Source: Planctomycetota bacterium
GTDB taxonomy: Bacteria; Planctomycetota; UBA8108; UBA1146
Assembly: GCA_028825265.1 (NCBI GenBank)
Contig: JAPKAM010000005.1
Location: 1 to 63,672, forward strand
Length of the DNA: 63,672 bases
Direction of reading: 5' to 3'
The translations under genes and the position numbers were made by a program. Under the pieces are notes generated by a model. The model was not told the origin of the DNA, did no database searches, and saw nothing but the letters and a program-made list of their open reading frames with translations. Shown here in pieces: positions 47,063 to 57,538 of this stretch (the first letter of the stretch is position 1; the number at the start of each line of letters is the position of its first letter).

Positions 47063-49308
47063 TCGTTGGTTTTTTCAGGACTTCCAGGATCAGGCAAGAC
47101 GGTAGTTTCTGGCTTGTTGAGGAACTCCTCATGGGCCGCCTTCAACCAGCGATCATCGGGATGCAGAAGTCGTGCCTTCTGCAATGCTGCGATGGCCTGT
47201 TTCGTTTGGCCACCATCATCCAACGCCACCGCATGGACCAGAGCATAGCGAGGGGATTGAGGGGCCAGTTGAACCGCCTGAGCCAGTGCCACCAGGGCCT
47301 GCTCCTTTTTTCCGACCCGGACCAGCGCCAGACCGAGTGCGTGATGTAATCCGGCATCGTCTGGAACTCTTTCGATGGCCTGTTGCAGCACCTCGATACC
47401 CTCGGCATCCCTGTCAAGAGTTCGGAATGCGTCTGCAAGGTTGACGGATGCGGGTCCAAAAGAAGGGGTTCTCTTTAGCGCCTCCTGGTAGCAGCGGATC
47501 GCTTCCTCGATGTCTCCTCTTCTGGTCGCCAGTGCCCCCAGATTGACATGGGATTCGGGACGATCACCATTGATCTCTTGCATCGAGATGTACTCCGCCA
47601 GCACTCGGCTCAGTTGTAGTCCGGCCCCTTGTGGGTCAGCGGAGAGTTCGCGCTGAATCGGCGATAGTAATTCCGCAGCAACGGTGCGGACGATGCGACT
47701 CGAATCACGCAGCAGATCGAGCAGCACTCCGTAGGTCTGCTCGAGCGGAAGACCGTCGAGTGCCAGCGCTGCCTGGCGACGCACCAGCGGATCAGAATCG
47801 GTGAAGCTACGGGACAGAAGATCAGAGTTGGTTCGATTGAGGAACGGGGTCAGTTCGGCCAAGGCCGTGGCACGGACGATTCCGGGGGTCTTTTCATCTT
47901 CGAGTACCATGCGGATCAATTCGGGGGCCACTGGAGAGTTATTTCTGGCGGCATGGAGCGCTTCGCCCCAGTGGAAATCACCCGATCGGCCATCGGGAAA
48001 CCACTCCCTCACTTTTTCTGCAGCCCAGTAATTCTCTTTATCCTGATGGCAATCATTGCATGCATTCGGGGTTCCGATGCGAATCGAAAGATCGGGGCGT
48101 GGAACTCGAAAGGAGTGATCGCGGCGAGGGTCGACCCCCATGTAGGTACGAGAAACCATGTGGCATTCGATACAGGATGCTCCGGTACTTTTGGGAGTGT
48201 GATGGTGATGCGATGGAAGGTCGTAGATCGCTGGATCGTGGCATCCGATGCAGAGAGAGTTTCCTTCGATGTGAAGTTTTCCACCATGGGGCTCGTGGCA
48301 GTCAGAGCAGGTCACCCCCTCTGCGTACATGCGGCTCTGGAGGAATGAACCATGCACGTAGACCTCATCGAGAATCTGACCATCAGGGTGATAGAGACTG
48401 GTATCGAGCAAACTGAGCAGATGAGTTTCGGAGAGGGGAGTTCCAGGCACAGATCCGTCGACCAAGGCAGTACGGCGAGAGTGACAACGAGCACAGGTCT
48501 CGGTTTCATCGTGATGGATTCTCTTGGGACTCCTCCGCGCGACCTTTTCTCCCGCTGGGCGAACCCAGGTGGCTTGATCGCGATGAAACTGTACCGGGAG
48601 GCCCTTCGGTGATCGACGATACCGCGGCTCTTCACGCTCTTCCTTTGTTGCTTTGGCCCACGTTACGTGATCACTACCGGGGCCATGGCACGCTTCACAA
48701 GAAACATCGAGTTCTTGCCAGTGGGTGTTAAAGGAATCACTCTCGAGATCGTAGTTCTTGACCATTCCGGTGGAGTGACATTCTGCGCACATGTGATTCC
48801 AGTTGTTGAGAACTCCCGACCAGTGCAGTGGATCTCCTGCAGGAGTTTTCTCGTCGGGAAAGAGCGGATACCAGCGAGCACCTCCAGCGGCTTCAGGTGT
48901 GGCCCAGGCGATGGGGAACGACTGGAGCCGACCCTTCTCTCCTTCCACCAGAACTTGCTGACAGGGGCTGGTGCCGAAGAAGTAACGAACCGGTAAGGTC
49001 TTTTTTCCGGAGGAGTCCTCGACCTCGATTACGGGTCGTTCATCGACTTGCAGAAAGCGCGACAGGACCCCTCCCGAAGAGACCTCAGTGCCGTCGAAGG
49101 GCGCCCGAGAAGCGGGATCGGACACTTCCAGCATCGAAAGATCATGGTGAGAGCCGCTCCACCGCGAGTGCTCTCCCTGGTGGCAACTGGCACACACTGC
49201 TCGTCCCACATGGGTCGGTGGTTGCTGAGCCCCGAGCGAGCCCATCCATAGCAATGTGAGTGAGATCAGCGAAGAGATCGGCATCCTATGGGTTCTCGAA
49301 CGGCTCAT
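47059..49308 (-). CDS. Octaheme c-type cytochrome with HEAT and TPR repeats
   Basis: Eight CxxCH (CASCH, CAECH, CEACH, CARCH, CSDCH, CIGCH, CIECH, CNDCH); signal peptide; C-terminal TPRs; GGAGGAG RBS. Confidence 0.9.
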   Translation of the reverse strand: MSRSRTHRMPISSLISLTLLWMGSLGAQQPPTHVGRAVCASCHQGEHSRWSGSHHDLSMLEVSDPASRAPFDGTEVSSGGVLSRFLQVDERPVIEVEDSSGKKTLPVRYFFGTSPCQQVLVEGEKGRLQSFPIAWATPEAAGGARWYPLFPDEKTPAGDPLHWSGVLNNWNHMCAECHSTGMVKNYDLESDSFNTHWQELDVSCEACHGPGSDHVTWAKATKEEREEPRYRRSPKGLPVQFHRDQATWVRPAGEKVARRSPKRIHHDETETCARCHSRRTALVDGSVPGTPLSETHLLSLLDTSLYHPDGQILDEVYVHGSFLQSRMYAEGVTCSDCHEPHGGKLHIEGNSLCIGCHDPAIYDLPSHHHHTPKSTGASCIECHMVSRTYMGVDPRRDHSFRVPRPDLSIRIGTPNACNDCHQDKENYWAAEKVREWFPDGRSGDFHWGEALHAARNNSPVAPELIRMVLEDEKTPGIVRATALAELTPFLNRTNSDLLSRSFTDSDPLVRRQAALALDGLPLEQTYGVLLDLLRDSSRIVRTVAAELLSPIQRELSADPQGAGLQLSRVLAEYISMQEINGDRPESHVNLGALATRRGDIEEAIRCYQEALKRTPSFGPASVNLADAFRTLDRDAEGIEVLQQAIERVPDDAGLHHALGLALVRVGKKEQALVALAQAVQLAPQSPRYALVHAVALDDGGQTKQAIAALQKARLLHPDDRWLKAAHEEFLNKPETTVLPDPGSPEKTND

Positions 49309-49400
49309 CTCTGCTCCTCCGAAGTGGTCGAATCCTTGGATCGATCGATGAAAGATCATGCTCGATCGATCGCAGTGAGTCGAGAGGACAGGTCTTCAGA

Positions 49401-49950
49401 TCAGGGACAAGCGGCGGTCGGATCACAGATCAAGCCATCGGCAGTGGGATCGACTCCACAGTCGTTACTGTCGGGGTCTGGTAGTGGCGATCCGCCAGAA
49501 AAGAGTGTTCCCAGACCAGTGATGGCGTCCGCGATGTTCTTCGATCCGTCATCGTTGATATCGCAGGAATTGGGGCAGTCACTCGCTGCTCCACCACTGA
49601 AGAGTGAAGCGAGCAGCGAGCAGGAACACGCAATCGGCGATGTTAAAGGAAGCATCCGAATTGCAATCTCCTCGATGAAAAGGGATGCCATTCGGTGGTG
49701 GAGGGGGAGCGGCCGCAGACTCACCGGCGGTGATGGCGACCTTGTCGATGGCCCACCACCCTTGGTTCCCAGGACTGGTGTACATGATTGGGAATGCCAC
49801 CTCCTCCGATCGGCTATAGTGGAGGGTACACAGGCAGGGGAAGATCCTCAGCACCAACAATCCAGGTCCCCAGCGTTCGAGGGGATGGACCGGGACATGA
49901 TCCTGGTGTAACAGACAGGCATGAGATTGTAGTACTGGCTCAATTGGCAA
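49401..49950 (-). pseudogene. Frameshifted remnant of a dockerin-like domain protein
   Basis: FHRGDCNSDASFNIADCVFLL lies in one frame and ASLFSGG...CDINDDGSKNIAD in another; the junction is a 7-bp tandem duplication AGCGAGC x2 at 49608-49621. Confidence 0.75.
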
Positions 49951-50008
49951 CCCCCGGTATTCGGGCAGTGAGAATCAGAGTCCAACGAGGGGCTCGACAG
50001 GGAGTGGC

Positions 50009-51202
50009 ATGAATCAAAGAAGGTTGGATCAACTTCTGAAGCCCCTTGTGGAGGAGGAGCGGTTCGCCCTGTACCAGGGGCTCGCTCGATTTGCAGATGA
50101 GGAGCTCGCCGACAAAATTCTCGGCTGGGAGAGAGCCCATCAACTCCTGCCTCAGGATGTCATCGGGCAACTGGGAGAAATGGGTGTGTTCGGCTTGCCG
50201 ATCCCGGAGCAATACGGCGGGCAAGGGGGCGGCATGACCGATCTGCTACTGGCGGGTCTGGCACTCTCTTACCAGAGTCAATCGATCGCCATCACGCCCG
50301 GAGCGGCAGTTTCTCTGGGAGCCAATCCGGTGCTGAAATTTGGTACCGATGAGCAAAAAGCTAAATTCCTTCCTGAACTCTCGGCGGGTGATCGGATGTT
50401 CTGTTTCGGATTGTCTGAGCCGGGGCGCGGGTCGGATGCCGCAAATCCGCAGGTGGTGGCCACTCGTGAGGGGGATCACTTCAGGCTTCGAGGAGAGAAA
50501 TGCTGGAGTACTAACGCTGCATGGTCGAGTCACATCGTGGTACATGCGTTGACCGATCCTGATGGTCGAAATGGGCATCGAAGTACCTGTTTCATCATCC
50601 CCATCGATCGCGAAGGGGTGCACTACCAGGAGATGGAAGGAAAGACGGTCTGGCCTCTTTCCTCTACGGGTTCCGTTGCTCTCGATGGAGTCGTGGCCAC
50701 CGAAGACGAAATTCTAGGCGATCTCAACGAGGGGTTCCGAGTCATGGCCACGACCCTCAATGGGGGCAGATTGTTCGTCGCTTCGATGGCTTTGGGATCG
50801 CTGGCGTTCGCCCTCGACAAGACCCGGAATTATGTCCAGCAGAGAGATCAATTCGGTGGGCCGATCGGTCGCTTTCAGCGCGTTCAGGATGTGGTGCTGG
50901 AGATGGATCTGGCGCTGGAAAGAAACCTGACCTGGTTGATGCATCTGGCGCAGGGCCATGACCGCGGAGAGATCCAGCGGGAACAGGCTGCAAAGGTGAA
51001 GATTGATTGCAGCCGGGTCGCGTCGAAACTGCTGTTGGATGCGATGGAAGTTTGCGGTGGAGTGGCCGGTCTCGACGAGTTCGGGCTGGCACGTCACAGT
51101 GCGGACCTGTTTGTGACCCGGGTCGGAGAAGGATCTAATCGGGCACTGATGACTCAGGCGGTTCGTCCGCTATTGCCAGACATCGCGGATCAATTGCAGT
51201 GA
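50009..51202 (+). CDS. Acyl-CoA dehydrogenase family protein
   Basis: IPEQYGGQG, FGLSEPGRGSD, LRGEKCWSTN, RDQFGGPIGRFQ, GEGS. Confidence 0.93.
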   Translation: MNQRRLDQLLKPLVEEERFALYQGLARFADEELADKILGWERAHQLLPQDVIGQLGEMGVFGLPIPEQYGGQGGGMTDLLLAGLALSYQSQSIAITPGAAVSLGANPVLKFGTDEQKAKFLPELSAGDRMFCFGLSEPGRGSDAANPQVVATREGDHFRLRGEKCWSTNAAWSSHIVVHALTDPDGRNGHRSTCFIIPIDREGVHYQEMEGKTVWPLSSTGSVALDGVVATEDEILGDLNEGFRVMATTLNGGRLFVASMALGSLAFALDKTRNYVQQRDQFGGPIGRFQRVQDVVLEMDLALERNLTWLMHLAQGHDRGEIQREQAAKVKIDCSRVASKLLLDAMEVCGGVAGLDEFGLARHSADLFVTRVGEGSNRALMTQAVRPLLPDIADQLQ

Positions 51203-51212
51203 TGAGGGCGGA

Positions 51213-52856
51213 TTATTTTCTGCTAGGCATCGGATAGCAGTACTGGGTGTATGGCGTTTCAGATTTACTTTGGAGTTCGAGGTGGCGGACCAGAAGTGAC
51301 GGACTGATGGTCGACACCGGAACGAATCCACTCTCGGCTCCACACCAACCATTATCCAGTACCGGTTGATCTCCAGCCGCGATGATTCCATGAACAGCAT
51401 TGAGAGGTGTACCGATGAAGTTGATTCCTCGAACCAACTCCTCGCGTCCATCGGGATAGATCCTCGAAGCCAGGTTCACCTCCCCGAGAAAGGCCTGGAA
51501 GTCATAGGAATCGGTCGCCGTTTCTCCTCCGGTGGCATCGATGATGCGGATCCCATACGGAAGTCCCTGCTGCTTGATCTGATCGATCAGTTGTTTCCTG
51601 AGAGACTTCGGGTCCAGTCCGTTGGAGGCCTCGAGGATTGTGACACCCATCCGGCTCATCGAGCGCTCATGCCGTCTCGATCGGGCGTGACCATTGGATC
51701 GGTGTCTTTTATTGACCGGAATCTTGCCCGTCAGAAACCCGGTCAATTTGCCAGCCTCGATGAGGCGGGCATCTGCAGCGGGGGTTCCCTCGTCGTCAAA
51801 TTGGTAGTGGCCGACCAGGCCGTGCTCTCGATCATTCGAATCGACCCACGATGCCTGGGTTGGATCGTCGTGCAGTGTCAAGAAATCGGGAAGGACCCGA
51901 TTGCCCAGGGCATCGGCAAAGGTCTTGGCCTCGCCGGTGGCGCGCAGTCGGTTTCCCTCTAACCGATGGCCAAGTGCCTCGTGAATCAGCAATCCTGCAG
52001 CAACAGGCTCTAGCAGGACCGGCCCCGAGTAGGAGTGAATCTTCGGTGCCGCTGCAATCTTCTCTAGTTGCCTTGCCGCAGCTCGAATCTCCCTGCGAAA
52101 ACTGTTCAGGTCGGGTAACTGATCTGGATGTGGAGTGAAGTGATTCACGGTCCACGGAATTCCATCTCCCTTGTCACTCAGATACCAGAGGTAGGCATTC
52201 AACTGCCAGTAAGCGAGGCTTTCGATGGAGACGGATCCATCGGAGTTGACGAATATGTTGGTCTGATGGCGAACTTTCAGTTCTACGTGACTGTTTCGAA
52301 TTCTCGGGAAGTCGAGCAGCGTGGCACTGGCTTTCTCGACATAGTCTGCCCAGTACTCGTGGTCGATGGGGGGGAGGTCGACCGGATTTTGGGCCTGAAG
52401 CGCAGCACTCTTCTGCCAGGCTGCGAGGTGTTCACAGGTATCGAGATAGGTCAATTCGTGAGCACGTTTTCGAAGGAAAGCCTCTTCCGCTTCCCGATAC
52501 TTGGCATCGGTCAGTCTCCAGAGTCCGATTCGCATAGGGTCCGAGCGATCGGAGATGGGCAACTCGACGTATCCATACGACTCATCTTCGTCGGAGTTGT
52601 CGAACAGACCACCATCGGTGACCTGATCACGGCGGTAACTCCCGACCCGTGCATCGGCGAGACAGTTTCTGCGCTGATACCGTTCATTCTTGTAGAGAGC
52701 TCCGTACCTGGCTTCAACTTCGAACAGGTCGAGGTCTCGAATCAGGTAAGAGAGGTAGAACAACTTCGGAAATCCGGGTTTTCTCAGTCCTAGGGTGGCT
52801 CGTTTCGCCTCGGTCGTCGCGAGACGAGCCAACTTCAATGCGCTTTTCCTGTTCAA
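51213..52856 (-). CDS. TldD/PmbA family metalloprotease
   Basis: HEALGHRLEG, DDPT, FDDEG, SNGHAR, CGAESG.VPVS; TTG start overlaps the apt stop. Confidence 0.88.
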   Translation of the reverse strand: MNRKSALKLARLATTEAKRATLGLRKPGFPKLFYLSYLIRDLDLFEVEARYGALYKNERYQRRNCLADARVGSYRRDQVTDGGLFDNSDEDESYGYVELPISDRSDPMRIGLWRLTDAKYREAEEAFLRKRAHELTYLDTCEHLAAWQKSAALQAQNPVDLPPIDHEYWADYVEKASATLLDFPRIRNSHVELKVRHQTNIFVNSDGSVSIESLAYWQLNAYLWYLSDKGDGIPWTVNHFTPHPDQLPDLNSFRREIRAAARQLEKIAAAPKIHSYSGPVLLEPVAAGLLIHEALGHRLEGNRLRATGEAKTFADALGNRVLPDFLTLHDDPTQASWVDSNDREHGLVGHYQFDDEGTPAADARLIEAGKLTGFLTGKIPVNKRHRSNGHARSRRHERSMSRMGVTILEASNGLDPKSLRKQLIDQIKQQGLPYGIRIIDATGGETATDSYDFQAFLGEVNLASRIYPDGREELVRGINFIGTPLNAVHGIIAAGDQPVLDNGWCGAESGFVPVSTISPSLLVRHLELQSKSETPYTQYCYPMPSRK

Positions 52857-53398
52857 TCTCTTTCCTCCAGCAGGTGAATCACCTGAGCATCGGGCAGTTT
52901 GGCTCGCCCTCCGAGAAAGGTGAGTTCCATCAGAAAGGCACAACCGATGACGACTCCGCCCATCTTTTCGACCAGTTCACAGCAAGCGGCCATCGTGCCA
53001 CCGGTGGCCAGAACATCGTCGACCAGCAATACTTTTTGACCGGGCTGGATCGAATCGGCGTGGATCTCTACGGTGTCGCTGCCGTATTCGAGGGAATACT
53101 CGACCGAGTGAACTTCTCTGGGGAGCTTTCCCGGCTTTCGAATCGGCACGAAGCCGACTTCCATTCGCATCGACAGCGGCACTCCGAACAGAAACCCCCT
53201 CGACTCAGGGGCTGCAATGATCTCGACGCCTAACTGGCCAACCCTTTCCTCGAGCAGTTCGATCGAGGTGGCGAAGGCACTGGGGCACGCGAGCAGGGGA
53301 GTGATGTCCTTGAACTGGATCCCGGGAGCCGGAAAGTCTGCGACCGTGGCGATCTTGCTCCTGAGGAGGTCGATGCGGCGATCTGTCGATTCATTCAT
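52853..53398 (-). CDS. apt: Adenine phosphoribosyltransferase
   Basis: DFP.PGIQFKDIT, ESRGF, RKPGKLP, YSLEYG, VDDVLATGGT. Confidence 0.96.
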   Translation of the reverse strand: MNESTDRRIDLLRSKIATVADFPAPGIQFKDITPLLACPSAFATSIELLEERVGQLGVEIIAAPESRGFLFGVPLSMRMEVGFVPIRKPGKLPREVHSVEYSLEYGSDTVEIHADSIQPGQKVLLVDDVLATGGTMAACCELVEKMGGVVIGCAFLMELTFLGGRAKLPDAQVIHLLEERD

Positions 53399-53500
53399 GG
53401 AAATCCCCCTCCAGTGGAGACGGTCCTGGACCGTCGCTGTTGAAGGGGGAAATGCTATCCGAAGGCTGGATGGGGTGGAAGAGAGCCGGCGGCTCGAAGC

Positions 53501-54364
53501 TTAGCCAGTCATCTCCTCGTATTGCTCGTCGTAGATCTCCGGTTGCTCGATCTGTCCCTCTGCGACCAACTCCTGGAGTTTGCCGAGGGCGTCATTCTCG
53601 ATCTGACGCACCCGCTCACGTGACAACTTCACCCGTTGACCGATTTCCTTCAAGGTCATCGGTTCTCCATTATCGAGACCATATCGCATGCGCAAGATCT
53701 TGGTCTCGCGAGCGTCGAGGTGACCGAGCAGGTTATGAATCATGTCGACCTGGATCTTCTTCTCGAGGGAAGCGTGAGGCTGAGTCTGCGAAGGATCTTC
53801 GAGGATGTCGGAGATGGTCCAGGAGTTTTCGATCGAGATGGTCTGGCTGACAGAATCTGCAACATAAAGTGCATTCTTGATGATGTCAGTTTTTTCCATG
53901 GGGATTTCCATCCGCTCGGCGATCTCGTGGAATTGTGCGGGGCGTCCCAGCTCGATGGTGAGGTCAGCGGCTGCTTTCTTCCACTTGGTGATGGTTTCCA
54001 CCATGTAAGAAGGGATACGAACCGATTTTACCGTGTCGATCAGCGCTCTTTTGATCGATTGCTTGATCCACCAGGTTCCGTAGGTGCTGAAACGGCATTC
54101 CGCTGCCGGGTCGAAGCGCTCCACTGCTTTGAGTAGGCCGAGGTTTCCTTCCTCGATCAAGTCGAGCAAGGGGAGACCGCGTTCGACATAGTGCTTGGCG
54201 ATACTGACCACTAGTCTCAAATTTGAGTGAACCATCTTGTCGCGAGCTGCGGGATCGCCTTGGCGAACCAGAATTGAAAGAGCTCGTTCTTCATCCGCTG
54301 TGAGGAGCGAATGGCGATTGATATCCAGGAAATATGCCTCAAGGCCGACCTCGCGAGCAGACAT
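53501..54364 (-). CDS. Sigma-70 family RNA polymerase sigma factor (RpoD/RpoS-like, no region 1.1)
   Basis: NLRLVVSIAK, DLIEEGNLGL, FSTYGTWWIKQ, TLKEIG...SRERVRQIE. Confidence 0.93.
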   Translation of the reverse strand: MSAREVGLEAYFLDINRHSLLTADEERALSILVRQGDPAARDKMVHSNLRLVVSIAKHYVERGLPLLDLIEEGNLGLLKAVERFDPAAECRFSTYGTWWIKQSIKRALIDTVKSVRIPSYMVETITKWKKAAADLTIELGRPAQFHEIAERMEIPMEKTDIIKNALYVADSVSQTISIENSWTISDILEDPSQTQPHASLEKKIQVDMIHNLLGHLDARETKILRMRYGLDNGEPMTLKEIGQRVKLSRERVRQIENDALGKLQELVAEGQIEQPEIYDEQYEEMTG

Positions 54365-54448
54365 GCGGTGTTCCCTTCCAAGGAGAGCATTGTGATCGAG
54401 CCGGGAGTCGGCCCACGATCACCGGGGCGTTTGTTGCCCATGGAAGAG

Positions 54449-57262
54449 TCATCGGTCGCGAGGCGGGTTCATCTTTACTGGATCTGCGGATCTTTCTGAT
54501 CTTCTCTTCCACCAATCTTTCCAGCGCTCCGCAATTTCCTCCTGTGCGGTGGTCCTTTCACGGGTATCGGTGATGGAGAAAGTGTTCCACCAGCCCATAT
54601 CTGCCCCTGTGAGGCGTCGTAGCAGCGGAATCGAATAATTGCGGAGATTACGGGTGTCGCAACGCTGGACAAGCACTGCGAGGAGCCGCTCCCTGGGAAA
54701 ATTGCCTTCATTTGCGTGACTGGCGACCCACGACTCGATCGCCCGTAGTGCCACCGGTAGCTGATTTTCGAGGATGCGGTTGCGCTCGGAGGAGGGTGTT
54801 TCGAGCCATCCGAGCACCAGATCGACGGTCTCCAAGTCGCCGAGGAGGAGCAGTTGCTCCATCGATTTCTGGGCTTCCCGGGTGGCCCTCTGTTCCAGTA
54901 CCTGAATACCCCTGAACAGCAGTTCCCTGCCACGAAGGTCTCCCAGGACCAGCAATGCCCGCGCCACCGCCTCGCTCTGAGATTGTTCCCAGAGTGTGAT
55001 CAGGAGTTCCCTGGCAGACTCGAGTTGCAAGGTGGTCACGATGTCGATGACGGTATTTCGAGTGGTCTGCTGTGGTGAGTTCAATTGGGTCAGCAGTGTC
55101 TCCTCAATCGCGTCCCAGCTCGGTTCCGATTCCCAGCCCTGTTGCTTCTCGGCCTCATCGGCATCGATCACCTCCATCAGGACGAGGGTCTGGTAGGTGA
55201 CCAGCGAGCGAGACTGGGCACTCTCGGAACCCAATCTGGCGGAACTGACCCGGTGGACCCAGCGTCGCCAGCGCGGACGCAGCCGTGCGAGGACCGGACG
55301 ATCCTCCACCAGCAAGATCGATCCGGAAAGTCGATAAGTGTTGCCGCGCGTGGCTTCAACCTGGATCGATTCGTCCTCGCCGTTGTCCTCGATGGCGATG
55401 AAACGTCGTCCCACCTGCAACACCAGCCGCTGGAGTCTCAATGGATCGGTCTTGCCTTCCGGATCGATCCTGAAATCTGCCAGGGTCAGCCGGACCCACT
55501 GATTTGATTCGGTCTTCTGGTAGAGCTGGTCGTCTTCCAGTCCCGCTAGCTTCTCTTTCCAATACTTGGCCTGTTTGGTCCAGTAACTCTCGTCACGAGT
55601 TCGGACCTTCGTGGTGGTAGGGCTGCCTAGATTCTTCGAGAGCAGTTGAAGCGCAGTAGAGCGTTGGTTGTTGGAACCATGGGCGAGAACTTCGATCAGG
55701 GTTTCGAACAGGAGGCGGCGGATGGACGGTGGTAGGAAGTTGTACTGGCTCAACCGAGTCACCGAGTTCCTGACACGGAATCCGATGGTGGTGTCGGTAC
55801 TGACGAGCCCTTTGGCAAATCCCTTGCAGACCTGCTTCCAGATCTCTTCGGGAACCTCCTTCAGTTGCTGCATCTGAGCGGCCAGAACACCGACGGCAAT
55901 TTCCGAGTGCTGGGTCGGGATCAGATGGCTGACGCTTGTGAGCCACTCCAGTGGTAACTGCTCCGATTGGTTGGAGAGGAATGCAAGGGTTCCCAGGATC
56001 AAGGGGATTCGACCGGGAGCCTGGGCCAGATCCTCGCCGAGTGCATTGCGGACGCGACCATCGAGGGCCTCCATCCATTGGTCGCTGGGAACATGGCGGT
56101 GCAAGGCACTCCATATCGAGGCCATACGAGAGTTGGTCCAGCGCAGTATCGGCAGTGCCGCCGGTGAGAGAATCGCTTCGATCACGCTCTGTCCGTGAGT
56201 CGAGGCAAACTCGGGATCCTCGATCCGCTGGAGCAATGCATGCCAGGTGAGGTGCTGCCTCCACGGTGAGAGATCTCCGCAGTGGCGAATCATTAACTCG
56301 ATCGACCGATCGATATCGGCCTCGATGAGGCCGGGTATCAGTGCATCGATTCGATCGATCGAGATCGAATCGGTGCCGTCGAGATGATCTGCAATCAGGT
56401 CGGTGAGATGCTGCCGGGCCGTGGTCTCTCCACTGCTCAGAAGCGCCATCGAGTGAGCATCCAGAACCCGAGCGTTCGCTCCTTTGGCGGGGGCTGGAAG
56501 GATTTGCGGCTCGGGCCAGATGCTCGCCAGCATCCAGAGTGCAGGATCTTCGGTTCTGGGTAGATGCTTCAATATGGCCCTGCGAAGCCTTTCGGCGGGT
56601 TCCATTCGTTCCAGTTCCTCGGAGGGGTTGTGGTGTATGACTGCGGCCCAGGTCGCCAGTTCGCCGACCGTGGTGGTCTCTCCCAGCGCATGTTCCATCG
56701 CCACTCGTTCTTCGGAGAGGATCACCCAAGGGACTCCAGGGTCGAGACCGCGAGCGGGGGGGCCGCTGATGATGGTGGTGTTGACTCCAGGAAAGAGGAT
56801 CTCCACCGAATAGGGTGCTTCGGTCCCTCGGATCTCGACCTGGATCCTGCGCTCCTCGGTGGCGGAGGTGACGCTGCTCTGGATCAGGTCGTTTCGGGTG
56901 AAGCGGATCGAGGCCGAATCGAGATGGGTTCGGCGTGACAGAATCGAACCCTCGCTAGCATTTCCGATTCGCACGACATCGACGATCAAGATGGGCGGTG
57001 AGAGTAGCGAGAGCATTTCCTTGATGCGAGCTCGAACCTCGGGATCTGGGTGCTGCAGCGAGGAGCGTAGTGCGTCGACTGCAGCGGGTCCGGCGTCCAG
57101 CAGTTTTCTGGCCGCCTCTTCCCGTATCGACCAATTCTCGTCGCCCAGATTCTCGATCCAACTTGAGATGTCGGAACGGGTGACCGCCGGTTCGTCATCG
57201 ATGGCTGACATGGAGAGGGTAGGGAAAGCCAGGAGCGATAGTGAGAGAAGAATCATCAACAT
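54449..57262 (-). CDS. Large exported HEAT-repeat-like hypothetical protein
   Basis: Signal peptide; LGDENWSIREEA...DPEVR HEAT unit; 937-aa ORF. Confidence 0.7.
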   Translation of the reverse strand: MLMILLSLSLLAFPTLSMSAIDDEPAVTRSDISSWIENLGDENWSIREEAARKLLDAGPAAVDALRSSLQHPDPEVRARIKEMLSLLSPPILIVDVVRIGNASEGSILSRRTHLDSASIRFTRNDLIQSSVTSATEERRIQVEIRGTEAPYSVEILFPGVNTTIISGPPARGLDPGVPWVILSEERVAMEHALGETTTVGELATWAAVIHHNPSEELERMEPAERLRRAILKHLPRTEDPALWMLASIWPEPQILPAPAKGANARVLDAHSMALLSSGETTARQHLTDLIADHLDGTDSISIDRIDALIPGLIEADIDRSIELMIRHCGDLSPWRQHLTWHALLQRIEDPEFASTHGQSVIEAILSPAALPILRWTNSRMASIWSALHRHVPSDQWMEALDGRVRNALGEDLAQAPGRIPLILGTLAFLSNQSEQLPLEWLTSVSHLIPTQHSEIAVGVLAAQMQQLKEVPEEIWKQVCKGFAKGLVSTDTTIGFRVRNSVTRLSQYNFLPPSIRRLLFETLIEVLAHGSNNQRSTALQLLSKNLGSPTTTKVRTRDESYWTKQAKYWKEKLAGLEDDQLYQKTESNQWVRLTLADFRIDPEGKTDPLRLQRLVLQVGRRFIAIEDNGEDESIQVEATRGNTYRLSGSILLVEDRPVLARLRPRWRRWVHRVSSARLGSESAQSRSLVTYQTLVLMEVIDADEAEKQQGWESEPSWDAIEETLLTQLNSPQQTTRNTVIDIVTTLQLESARELLITLWEQSQSEAVARALLVLGDLRGRELLFRGIQVLEQRATREAQKSMEQLLLLGDLETVDLVLGWLETPSSERNRILENQLPVALRAIESWVASHANEGNFPRERLLAVLVQRCDTRNLRNYSIPLLRRLTGADMGWWNTFSITDTRERTTAQEEIAERWKDWWKRRSERSADPVKMNPPRDR

Positions 57263-57538
57263 GTGTCAGGCTATTTTCCGGGTCCATTGCACATGGACCT
57301 AGAGTCTCCTACTCTTCCGCCAGAGGCGAATCTTCAAGAAAACACTTCAGTAGGCTCGGTTCTGCTGCCGATATTCCCCTTGGAGCCTCTTGTACCAAGC
57401 CCTGCTCGAGTTGGAGTCATCTCGTTGACTCCAACTTGAAACGGTCGGGCAAGAGCAATGCACAAGGATACCCTGAATCGGGATCTCATGCAGGTTGGAC
57501 CAAATGCCCTGATCGGGCAGCAGCCAGGAGGATTGACC

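Noticed and set aside
55593-56729. 378-aa alternative-frame ORF and other long shadow ORFs (e.g. 2785-3576, 41426-42196)
   Set aside because: They lie wholly over well-supported genes and have the Arg/Ser/Pro-rich or motif-free composition typical of GC-rich off-frame translation
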